A stretch of 64,000 bases of DNA, from the NCBI RefSeq assembly GCF_037042905.1, contig NC_087248.1:6572001-6636000 (forward strand), given 5' to 3'. Within the stretch, counting starts at the first letter, position 1. Every line of letters starts with the position of its first letter. The position numbers and the translations under genes are program-made. Source of the DNA: Lytechinus pictus. Its lineage: Eukaryota. A model generated the notes under the pieces. The model was not told the origin of the DNA and did not search any database. It saw nothing but the letters and a program-made list of their open reading frames with translations. Shown here in pieces: positions 53,281 through 64,000 of this stretch.

Positions 53281-55525
53281 ATTTGTTTTTAGTCTTGTTT
53301 GTCTTATTATTTGCTTAAAGTATTGTTTTGATTAACCAGGATGTGATATGATTTTTGGGAAGTTGGAGTATTAAGATTTCAAAGGCAATAAATCAATTTA
53401 TTACATATGAGAATACAATGAAAAAAATCAGTTCGTTGTAATTAGTCATTTCCAAACCTTTAGTTTCATCCTCAAATTCATTCAAGTTCATTTAGAATAG
53501 AATCAGTCAGCTGAATATTATGATTTGAACTCTTCTGATATGGTCTAATGACCCAGCAAAGGTTTTATACCATTGAATCATCTTCAATCAGAGGGACTGT
53601 ATTGTTCTCAATGGTTGTTGGTGGTGAAGATCAATTTCCATTCCTTTTGTGATGTATCCTGAAAAAGAAAATAAACCACATGCTGTTTCCTGTCCGGGTA
53701 TAGACAATCTGTGATTTATACTTCAAGCCATTACTTGGAAATGATCTATGAAGTATTTGTATCAACGATCAAGTGCATATTTCTCAAGTTAATAATGATG
53801 AAACCTGAGTTGAAGGGTTTGTTCAAAGTGAAACTACCTTGCAATACAAACTAAATTATCAAAATAAACAATTTTAATAGTTTTGTTAAACACAATGCTA
53901 TACTGTATATTGGTAAATGAGGCATTTATGTTGATTAAAAAATCAATTTCCCCTACTGACTCATCTGTAATGCATATTAAAAAAATTGTATAAGGATGTG
54001 TTGTATATTGGTCAAATAGTCTAAAATCTGTACTGCAGATTTGTCAGATGTATTTTCAGGGAGCTCTTGTAGTCAATATTGCTAACTAAGTTCAATGCAG
54101 ACCCTTGGCTTCAGCATCACTCACTTGCACAGTGGTATCTAAGTACAGCCACAGTTTTATGATTGGGACTAATTAAAGATCGAAGGGAATAGCTTATTTC
54201 ACTGCACCTATGTTTTATTGGTTAATGAGTTTTACTGTGAAGTATCAAATTGGACCCCAACTGGGACATTCCATTGTAGTATTTGGTTTCTTGGTTTGGA
54301 AATTAAAAAAAAAAAAATTATCCAAAATATGATTTTATGATCCCATATGATTTTATGTTTGAACTAATCAAATTGATTTTTTCATATTGATATTTATTGA
54401 TTTTTTTCATATTGACATTTATTGATTTTTATTTATTTGTTCATTATTATTATTTGGGAGATGGAGGAAAGTGTGTTAACACCCATCCCAACCCCCCCCC
54501 CCCCCACTCCCCGACTTTTGCACCATTAATGCTGATGATAATAACCATATCTTTTAAAGAAGTTGTAACAGTTTAATCATTTATTGCATGGAGTAAGTCA
54601 TGGCCTTCATTTTTTTTCTGAAGTTCATTAACAACAGATTTGTTATTGTTTCCTCACTCCATTGCAATATTTGAAAAGACAACTTTTTTTAACGATTAAA
54701 CTTGACCTTATTGACATGGCTTAATGATCTTTATTACAAACAATAAAAAAATGGAGCAATCTTTGTCACACGCAAACTGCCAGCACTCAGCAAAGATTTA
54801 ATTGATGAATATAAACACTGTATTCCATAAAGTGTTTAAATCGTCCTTGTCTAATTTGCATGTAGGTCAATGCACTGCAGTCATTTACAACTAAAATATA
54901 TGAAAATATTTGTATTATTTTATAGGTTTGGGATGAAGCTGATTTATCCAGATCGTAGATATTATTTACTCTTTTTTTAAAAGATATATACCTCTTTTAT
55001 GAAAAGTGTGCTATAACTCGTTAGCCTCAAGAAATAACTACCTTACAGTTCAAAGTGGGGTGCATTTACAAGGTGCAATTATACCCCCCCCCCTGATCCA
55101 ATGAAGATTGCTGATAAAGGCCTACCATGTGCAATACAACTTATTGTTGATAATCCTTCAATACTTTGTATGTTTTACAACTTTCTTGTTGATACTTCTT
55201 ACTCTTTATTTGATCTCTTTCGCAATATTTATTTGATGTCACTCGCCATTAAGTGATAACCCAGGACCTTTGTATCTCATTTGACAGCGTTTTACTTGAT
55301 AACAATGCATTAGGATTCTGGGTCCTGCCATAAAACAAATATTATCTATTAGTATCTCCTAATTAGGTTAATATTTGAAGTTTTTAGAAGAGTTTTATCA
55401 TCCATTCCCCAATCCCTCTAGCCATGTTTTTTTTTCAAGGCAGAGCATAAACAAAAGATAAAAAAATCAATATGCCTGCTGATATATTCAAACCTGCACA
55501 CAGGGATTCTGCTCTTTGTAACCTG

Positions 55526-56203
55526 GGCCGCCCTGTGTTACAAGGAGTTACGATTGATCTGATCAACTACAGAAAACGTCAACATCTAAAATGCATGTTT
55601 GTTCAAAATATGTTCTAGATTTGATGTATACTCGTACATTTTATCATTGTCTTGATAATTTAGTGTGTTCCCTTTTGTTTATAAAGGTCAATGTGCAAAT
55701 TTTGTGTAAGAAAATTATGACAATGATGGACTTCCATATAAGTTGAGATGATTGGATGAATCGCAACTCTTTGAGGCTGTTCTCACTACGTTCCTAAACT
55801 AGTTTAACGCGTAGTGAGAACGGTCGAAGCGGTCTTGGAAGCGATCTTCCAAACCAGTTTGGAAAACCACCTCAAGATCGCTTTGCCTCGTTAAACTGGT
55901 TTTAGCGTAAGTGAGGACACAACCGTTCTTCGGTAAGCGATCCTCGCACATTTTGAGCGCGCTACTCCACACGACAGGTGTAGAATGCCTATGCTGCGGT
56001 TTCGAATTTCGCGCGAAACGTGTCACCCCACTGAGAGCGTTTCCATAGCAACAAGGGCGCTTTACGGGAAGTGATTTTGAAAACCACTTTCGTGTGATCA
56101 AGTTGGAACGCTAGCAAAGCGATCTTCCAAAGTGGTTTCCTGAATCGGTTTCCAGTAAACTAGTTTTAGAAAGCATAATGAGAACGGCTTTGTGAGCAAG
56201 GCC
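55526..56203. mobile_element. Older GGCC-ended MITE with CWG flanks, right TIR split by family A copy
   Basis: CTG-GGCC...TTACAAGGAGTTACGATTGATC at left; GATGAATCGCAACTCTTT [insert] GTGAGCAAGGCC-CAG at right. Confidence 0.6.
55773..56188 (-). mobile_element. Harbinger-like MITE family A, copy 3 (inverted, nested, with small deletions)
   Basis: Reverse complement of 19184-19647 with a 14-bp internal deletion and fewer subterminal repeats; TTT on both sides. Confidence 0.9.
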
Positions 56204-57085
56204 CAGATCTTCATTTTTTTTACAAAGCAACCTGTCTGTTGTATGCCTTAATTGTTATTGAAAAATATTTGATGGTACAGTGTAATTTAAACTATCATTT
56301 TGAGGAAAATTGTAACACGATATTTCATTGTCAAACTCTTGTTTAGTCTATTAACTTGGGAAGGGAAGGGGGGTTGACATCTTTATCCTGTGGATGGGTT
56401 TGTCTTGTGTAAAACATTCTATTGTCTTCAAGATTACAACATATGATAAGATTGCTTCAAAACAAATATCAGATACTGCCCTATAACTATCAAGTTTATC
56501 TTACCATTATCTTTGGACAACCATTTGAAAGTGGTACAACAAAAGCCTCCTGCAACGCTTTACATATAATGTCCCCAAAAAATTTAACTCATATTTGTCA
56601 GTCATGAATGCAGAAATCTGAGAACAATGGCTGGAATGTTATCAAACGATCTGCTTTTTGAAAGAACCATGAAAAATCATTTTGGGGAGATGCAAGCAAG
56701 AGATAGGAGGTCAAAAATAAACAAGTTTTGATAAAAGAGGATTTACCCCAGACTGCTTTTGATTCTTATCTGTTTGTTTGTAATGAGTGATCCATATTGT
56801 ATGCTCCATGAAATTTACATCTGTACAAACTAAAGACAACATTCCTTTTCCCTGTGTTTGGTTGTTGATTTATCATCATCAAATATTTTATATCTTGAAG
56901 GAGTTTTTTCTTCTTCAGAGTACACCCCACCACACTTATAGTAATTGAATCAGGAGTTGTCTGTAGTAAAAGAGAAAACAGGATATCTAAATATGTATGT
57001 CAAATATCGGTGTAAACAATGTTATTGTGTAAGTCAAAATTTATTAAATGTTCATTCAATCTTTTAACCCTTCTCTCGCTCATAG

Positions 57086-57125
57086 ATTGTGAAGGAGCTG
57101 AAAGGGGCTCTAGGCTGAGAACAAG
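57086..57125 (+). pseudogene. Decayed duplicate of the 5' part of exon 57258 (pseudo-exon or alternative acceptor)
   Basis: tcatag|ATTGTGAAGGAGC...aggctgagaac vs tcatag|ATTGTAAAAGAGC...aggcggagaat; reads IVKELKGALG*. Confidence 0.6.
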
Positions 57126-57257
57126 TGGAAAGTCATGAGTTGTATAAAGCTTGGCTACATTACCACAAACTCTGTTAAAAAATGAAAATATATTCCTTGA
57201 TTCATGCTCAACCCACAACTTAATTTTTATTCTCTTTTATCTTTTCCTGCGTCATAG

Positions 57258-57383
57258 ATTGTAAAAGAGCGAGAAGAGGAGATGTGTCAGGCGGAGAATG
57301 AATCCAAACTCCTCCAGATCCAGGAAAGGTTTACCCATGATGAGCTCAACCTCTTTGGAGCTAAAGAGATGACAAAACAACAG
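57258..57383 (+). CDS. Internal exon: end of DH helix and linker
   Basis: Polypyrimidine tract + TAG acceptor, CAG|GTTAGT donor, 42 codons, phase 0-0. IVKEREEEMCQAENESKLLQIQERF resembles the ENxxKLxxIQ motif at DH C-termini. Confidence 0.85.
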
Positions 57384-58071
57384 GTTAGTTCCTTCATTAT
57401 TTTTTTTTTCTTTAAGTTTTGCTCTTTTTTAAAAACCAATCTTTTAAGGTTATATTTTTCTTTCGATATTTTCTTCATATTTGAAATAAACCATTTATTA
57501 TTTTAAAAAAAAAAATTTCTTTACTGTTATTCTCTGTTTATTCTAGGGCATTTTTCTTTGTTTCTTTTTCCATTTCCCCATTTTGTTCTTACTACCTCAC
57601 TTTAATTTTTCACCTCACTACATAATATTGTGAGCTAGATTTAGATTTACATAACTTTTGTAGAAGTACAAGAAAAAGCGTATTGCAACTATTCGTAAGG
57701 TCCATGGACTGTTCAGTTTTTTTTAGGTCTGATGTTTGCTTTTCAGTCAATTAAATGTATTTTCATGTGCTTGAGAATATGCCATCTGGATCTCAGTAAA
57801 GATCCCATTTTAATTGTTTCCTTGCGATTTCTTTGTTCTGGATGTCTACTTCCTGAAGAAATCATCCAAATAAGAGATAACATCGTGTAGGCCTTGAGAA
57901 TTGCATCTTGAACTCATCTGGTCTTCATCGGCTGAGGCTTCTTCCTCTAATTATCCAGGTCTATCTCTTTATCTTTCTCCCCTCTTCTCTCTTCCTCACC
58001 GGTCTGTGTTTCAATTTCGGCAGATGAGCTCAAAGGTCATTGCAGATACTGTCTTAGCAGATGCTACATCT

Positions 58072-58213
58072 TCAGGGAAGTGTACCCTGAAACAACTTGG
58101 TCAGTGAGTTTTACTGACATATTCGCTCTGAGCCAATCAGATTGAAGGATTTCAGTAGCTTATAACAGATATCGGTGACAATCACTGACTATTTGTTAAT
58201 AAAATGATCCCAA
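58072..58213. mobile_element. Old degenerate MITE, related to 3372-3565
   Basis: Inverted gtcagtga/tcactgac arms around the shared agccaatcagattgaaggatttcagtagct core. Confidence 0.45.
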
Positions 58214-61200
58214 GTATTGCTTCTTTTAAGTTTCAAGCTATCTGTTGATCCAAGAACATCTTCGGGGTATCTGTCTAGCCGTTGTCTACAGGATCTCCTT
58301 GATCAGCATGGGGGAAACAAATTAGGCAATGTGTTTGTTTCTTTGATCTTCTAAGGTTTGGTGACAGATCGCGACATTGAAGAGGGTTTTGGTTTAGCTT
58401 CATTTCTGTTTGGGTCTCATGTTCTTCAATGCAACATTATCTGTTACATATCAAAGGCTGTTGTTACCTTATATCCAGGGCTATATCTCCGCACAATTGG
58501 ATGATTATCAAAAGATGACGGTTTTTGTACTTTGTTTGTGTGCTATATGGTTTCTGTTTCAGTGAAGAAAAAAATCCTTGGAATAGTTTTTTACTGGAAC
58601 ATAATTACTAAAAAATAGGAATATTGCTTTTGTGTTCTGCAAAGAAATCAGATAGAAAATGTAAAAAATACATATCTTTGGCAGGGTTCGAATCTATTAT
58701 AAAAACATGAAATGCAAAGAATAGCGGTTTTAGCATTATTGAACATTCATATTGATTTTATACTTCATCTCCTAATTGTTGTAGTCCTTTATTTCTTCTT
58801 CAATATACCAAGCTAGTTAAAGGCTTTTCTGTCACGTTTTGTCTGCTAACATTCCCAACCACGATTAGACTTGATCACTTTATATTTCCCAGAACACTTC
58901 ACTCTTCTCTTTGCTGGTAGTGTATTTTTCACTTTATGATATCCATTATTAACTGGCTGGAGCTGTAATATCAGTTTTATGATTTTGTCAGTTGTGAACT
59001 TGCTCTACCATTAGGCCTAAACCTTGGTTTCATATGTATATAAAGGTCTATATTTCTCACATTGCAGTTTAATAGTATCTTCATTCTATGTATTTAAATC
59101 TGTAAAAAAGAAAGCTAATGTTACATGTTCTAGCTGTCTGTTTGAAAAGTTTTGAAAGAGAGAATGTAGCTATACGAGTGAAGAAAGTGAATAAAATGTT
59201 AATTTTACTGCTTGAAGTTAATATTAACAGCAATAATCTCCTTATTGGCCTGATTCTAGAAACGCAAAAGACTATGCTCAAAACAAATAACTGAGAGTGA
59301 AAATCATGACTGCCCCATCTCACCTTCTCATCAAAGCGTAGTCAAAATCTAGGTATCTTATTTTTTTTAATTGCCCCCTTTTCTCTCAACGTATCTCTTA
59401 TTTTTGCTATCTTGCTTGTCCAGCCAACACCAACTGCTGACCCTCTGTGTTCTGATTCCACCTATAATTTAATTTAATTGCCAAAGCATTTTTGTTAGAG
59501 AGCACTGTACTCCTTTCGTTGATAGAATCTCTATGATTGTGTGCAATCTGAAAAGTATAATTGTTGTGAGAAGGGTATTGAAATGGGAGCATTCCTACCC
59601 CCTCCTATTATAGGTCCAGCGAACCCCCCTCCTTCATTGTCTCCTGTGTTTATAATAACAACCTCATCTCATACCCATCCCATTTGTCTTCATACGCCCA
59701 GGGCCATCTATTGATTCACACTCAAATAGACAGGTTCACACGGCAATATATGAACTTAGTGTTGTCTTCGGTTTTAGTTTAGAATTAGAGCATCAACGTT
59801 AGCTTTCCTGCCCTTCACAGATGTTTACATTGGTAGCTATGTTCATTGGAAATCATATGAAGTCAAGCTGGAAAGTGGGCCGGATTTCCATAACCGTCAT
59901 ATGCTTGCTTATGATATCAGTGTCCCCTCTCCATCAGTTTTGTATTTGTAAAACTGATGGTCCCGTGTGAACATGATATACTAAAGAGACTGAAGATGAT
60001 ATGAGCAGATTGTTATTACAAAATGGACTGTACTTCTATGAACCTTGGAGAGGAATGCAGCTTAATAATAGAGTATTGTGATTTTTCTTTTTGTGATATT
60101 CAATGTAGAGCATGAACAATATTTATAGATGGGAGGGATTTGCAATAAATTTGATTTCTTACAAGGGAGTCAGATCAATCGATAGCTGCAATAAAATATA
60201 TTTTTATGTTTATTTGGTAATCATTGGAAAAGAATAGTGAATAAGTCATTTAATGACAAATTATGCGGTCTATTATTTTGAAGTTAGTACTGTCCATGAA
60301 GATTAATTGGAAGGTGATTGGTTGATTGATTGGTTAATGTATCCTGATAAGACACAAAGTGACATTACTCATTTGATAATTCATTGCATATGGAATAGAA
60401 TTAGTAGTCAGAGCATGGAGGATGGTTAGAGGAGGGAATATTTAAAAGGACAAGTGTGTGAATGAAATGGAAAGAAAAAAAACAGGAGGAAAAAAGGGGA
60501 TTTAGATGCTATCAGCTCTACGCATAATGGTAAGTGTAACTTTTGAGTTTTGAAAAATAAATGAGCAAAAAGGGCCATGATTTGAATACTATATAGTGTT
60601 TTCTTCCCTTATGCATTATTTGCCAATGAGCTAAGTAGCGTTAGCATAAAGGATTAGCAGTGAAATGTGGAGAAAAAAAAACGGTAGCCCCATGTATAGC
60701 TTCTTGTGTTTTGGAATCACTTCTCGTTAGGTTGTGAAATATTGTACATACCACAGGTTTATGCAATTGTAACTCTGTTTATTTCTCAAGAATTCGTATT
60801 TGACCATTGTCAAACATGTATAATATAGTGGGTGGAATATATTGGACAATAGAGGATGAAAGTTTTTATAATCATTGGGTGATAGTACCATTCCCAGAAG
60901 AAATGTAATTGATCAGGATTATCTGTTAGAGGATTCGAATCTTCCAATCAATTGCAAACTTACAAACTCTTTGATAATCATATTGGGAAAAATTGGGATC
61001 AACTTGAACAAAGCTTACCTGTGAGATGGGGCTTCAAATGTCACACCGATGTAATTAAATATAACACGTTTCTTTGAAGAGTCTCTTCAGAACTCAAGGA
61101 TTGGATGGAAAAAGCATCCATAAAAATGTTTGATTCTTCCATCTTCCATCATTGTAGACATTTATAATAAACTCCTGTAGGCCTTCTTGTTTCATTGAAG

Positions 61201-61353
61201 GGGGGGGGGTAACAATTTTGCTTATTCACATAGCCTTTCCAAATCATTTAGCTTTTCATCACGCATTGTATACCCAGTTTTGACTAAACTATTTTAACAT
61301 CAAAATTAATTTCCAAAACAATATACATATAAATAAACTTGTTTATTGCTATG

Positions 61354-61475
61354 ATTCAATTCAATTCAATTCAAAGTTTATTCCAATCAATCAATCATAA
61401 AAATACGCAGTTTGAAAAAAAAATGGGATTGGGAGCCCCTTGAAGTTAAAAAAAAAATTGTGGGTGGGGCACCAC
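61354..61475 (-). mobile_element. Possible 3' tail of a LINE (CR1/L2-type)
   Basis: Minus strand: GC-rich stem (gcccc...ggggc), then AATAAA followed by (TTGAA)n. No ORF recovered. Confidence 0.4.
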
Positions 61476-61835
61476 CACCTTGATACAATAAAAATACAAA
61501 TCATTATAAAACATACAGAAAAGTTAATCAACTAATAACAACATTGAAATACAGGGCAAAAGACACTGGACTAATATAAAGGAAATAAACAAACAAATGT
61601 GAAATGATAATTATAAATTCATTGGGACCTAAAGTGTGCTATTTATTACCTAGATATTGTTACTTAATATATTTAGATATTGTTACTCAATATTGATTGA
61701 CACTAGGCATCACTGTGACCAGCATTCATATCAGGTGTGAGATCTGACAAGAAAATCACCAAATATTGCCATGATTGTTTGATGTTTTACACAATAGCAG
61801 AGATCACTGATAACGATCTCTGGAGAAATCATCCG

Positions 61836-61984
61836 TTGCGTGACGTAAGGCTGTAATTGTCCGTGAATACTAGAGCAAGCACGCATGGGCCTTGTCCATG
61901 GATGTGACAGCTGGCGTGATTTCTTAATGACATATTTCTTGATGAAAGATCACGTATTCGTAGGACGATGGATTAATTTAATCC
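61836..61984. promoter_or_regulatory. Candidate intronic enhancer: bHLH-PAS cores, CRE-like site, paired K50-homeodomain sites
   Basis: TTGCGTG, CACGCA, TGGCGTG, CACGTA, TGACGTAA and GGATTA-ATT-TAATCC within 150 bp, in a CpG-poor background. Confidence 0.3.
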
Positions 61985-64000
61985 TCGTTAAGTCTCGATA
62001 TAGGCTTTAGATTAAACGTCATGCATCATAAAGTTGTGATAAAATAGAAATGCCTGTTGTTCACACCGAAGAGATGGACTTGGACTAGGAGAACCACAAG
62101 TAATCCTTCCTGGGTGATTAAATGAATATTATTACAAATATGATATTTTAATGGATTTCAAGTATTTGTTGGATCTCCTCTTGGCTTTGATTGCATCTTG
62201 AGCTATATAAAAATGGTACGTTGGCAATTTTGTATAAAAACATTGCTTTTTCATTATTTGATGCGTAAGGAATTTTATGAATTTAATTATTAATGCTCCC
62301 GATATATCCACCAATTCTATTTATAGACTCTCAGCTGTAATTTGAGCTTGTCTCACTTCTATATCCACCTAGAGTATTTTCTTATTTAATGGATGATTGC
62401 ATTTTACACCGATTTCATAGTTTTGGTTTGATATTTGATCATGGCTCAATTATGTAGCGTAGGCTTTCCAGACGCCATGTGGAGATGTAAAACTTCTCTT
62501 CCAGACAATTTAGAAATTTCCTCTTTGATTTGATCAGGGAGAAACAAATCATAGTCTGGAGAAACATGAAATTTGATTTTAATTTCTAAATGCATGCACC
62601 CCATGAAAATGAAGGCAAAGGATTTGATTGAAAGTGGCAGTTTATGACCCTGGTTACCCTCTTGGCCCATGACCTGGGCAGGTATCATGGTGACAAGACT
62701 TCAAACTTGACACCGGTACCGTCAGCTCACCCGTATTTACGCTGGCACTCAAACAGGGGTAAAATGGTTTAATCTTTGTGATCTTTGGGTAACAGGTTCC
62801 AAAATTGTTTGAAAACAGAATGTGATCATGTTCCATGCATGGTATCATTAATCGTGGGATTTGGTTTCATAACAGTATGAATAGTAATAGAAACCATGAA
62901 GATTTTATGTTGGGGGGGGGGTGGAGAGGTGTTATTGGAGGAAGAAAGAGTAATTAATGGTTAGTAAAGATCAAAAGTGCATGCTATTTGCTTGTCTTTT
63001 TTCTTTCCTGATGATTATACCCTGTTAATTTTTTTATGGATTTTCTAAACTGAAGAAAACAGTATTTTTGTTTTCTTCTGTGAAACGCAATACTCGGAAC
63101 TCCAAATTTTTGTTTTGACATCATCTGCCATTGATGACAGTCCTCCAAATGAATTGATATCTGAACACATATGAAAGAGAGATTAATGGACGATTCTCCC
63201 AGTTGGGAAATGTGATTCTATCCATGGCACACTTAAAAGCCATCTAGACATTGAAAGCTAGGTCAAGATACCTTGTGAAGTTGTGATATATCATGCAATC
63301 CATACCGCCCATCGTTTTACCAGGGGTGTCAAAACATCCGAGGTACCTAATACCAGAATATGCAGGGTAATAATGGCCTATTCACACTCATTTCTTAGAG
63401 CATGATTTGAAATGACATTTGTGAGATCGTGATCTAGCTGGTGGGTTTAGAGCCATTATTTTCATCTGTTCATGCATGAAAGTGTGAGAGTGATACCAGT
63501 TTTCTAATTTCACTATTAGTATTAGCCTCCTTTCAGTGATTTTAAGTTAAAGCACTAAAAACTTTGTGCATTCAGTTGTTAAAGATAATCCTCATGGGTT
63601 TCTGAATAGAGATTTAATCTTGATTAAAGCATCAGATCTTGAGGTTCTGTTCAGGAATCTCACGTTTAATCATGCATATTTGCACCTGATGTGAAAGTCT
63701 CTATCATGGACAAGTTGCTGGTAGCTTCGGCATGCACTGTCTACAGTCGTATCACAAATGTCAGTGAGTTACCCAGTTAACCCTCACCAATACCCCTCCT
63801 ATTTGTGTGTCCCACCTCAGCTAAGTCTTTCTTTTTACCCCCCCCCCCCTCTTCTCTCACCTATGTACTTATCTGAATGATCCCTCCCCCTCCTTGCACC
63901 CCACCCCTCTCTATTCTCACCAATCACATCGTCTCTTTTCGCAAGTCAGTAATCAAACCCCTCCAAATCCTGTCATATCAGCCGTGATTGTATACCTTCG

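Noticed and set aside
51171-57383. Assigning a gene symbol (ARHGEF/FGD/PLEKHG)
   Set aside because: 83 residues of divergent DH C-terminus cannot identify the orthologue without a search.
60527-60535. ATG|GTAAGT after the last identified exon
   Set aside because: No downstream acceptor exon identified in the window and no promoter evidence.

Overview
AT-rich, CpG-poor animal (eukaryotic) genomic DNA; the repeat types suggest an echinoderm, probably a sea urchin (inference, not provable here). No prokaryotic genes, CRISPR arrays, rRNA or intact tRNA were found, and almost all listed ORFs are incidental. The window is mostly intronic sequence of one + strand gene. Two phase-0 internal exons (51171-51293, 57258-57383) encode what looks like the C-terminal helix of a Dbl-homology (RhoGEF) domain and its linker. 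Upstream lie several ATG-initiated exons that all end at phase-0 donors (5276-5596, 33393-33458, 49022-49228, plus weaker short candidates). This suggests a multi-promoter array of alternative N-termini spliced onto a DH domain that starts mid-way and is probably GEF-deficient. A decayed duplicate of the 57258 exon's acceptor sits 172 nt upstream of it. The introns hold about 18 non-autonomous DNA elements: TTAA/Kolobok-like, 3-bp-TSD Harbinger-like, TA-flanked, CACT-ended and Academ-like MITEs, and a Helentron/DINE-like element with tandem DR1 motifs. There are also four clear nested insertions, a tRNA-derived SINE, a 270-bp tandem duplication and a strong excess of the palindrome TAGGCCTA, which may be excision footprints.
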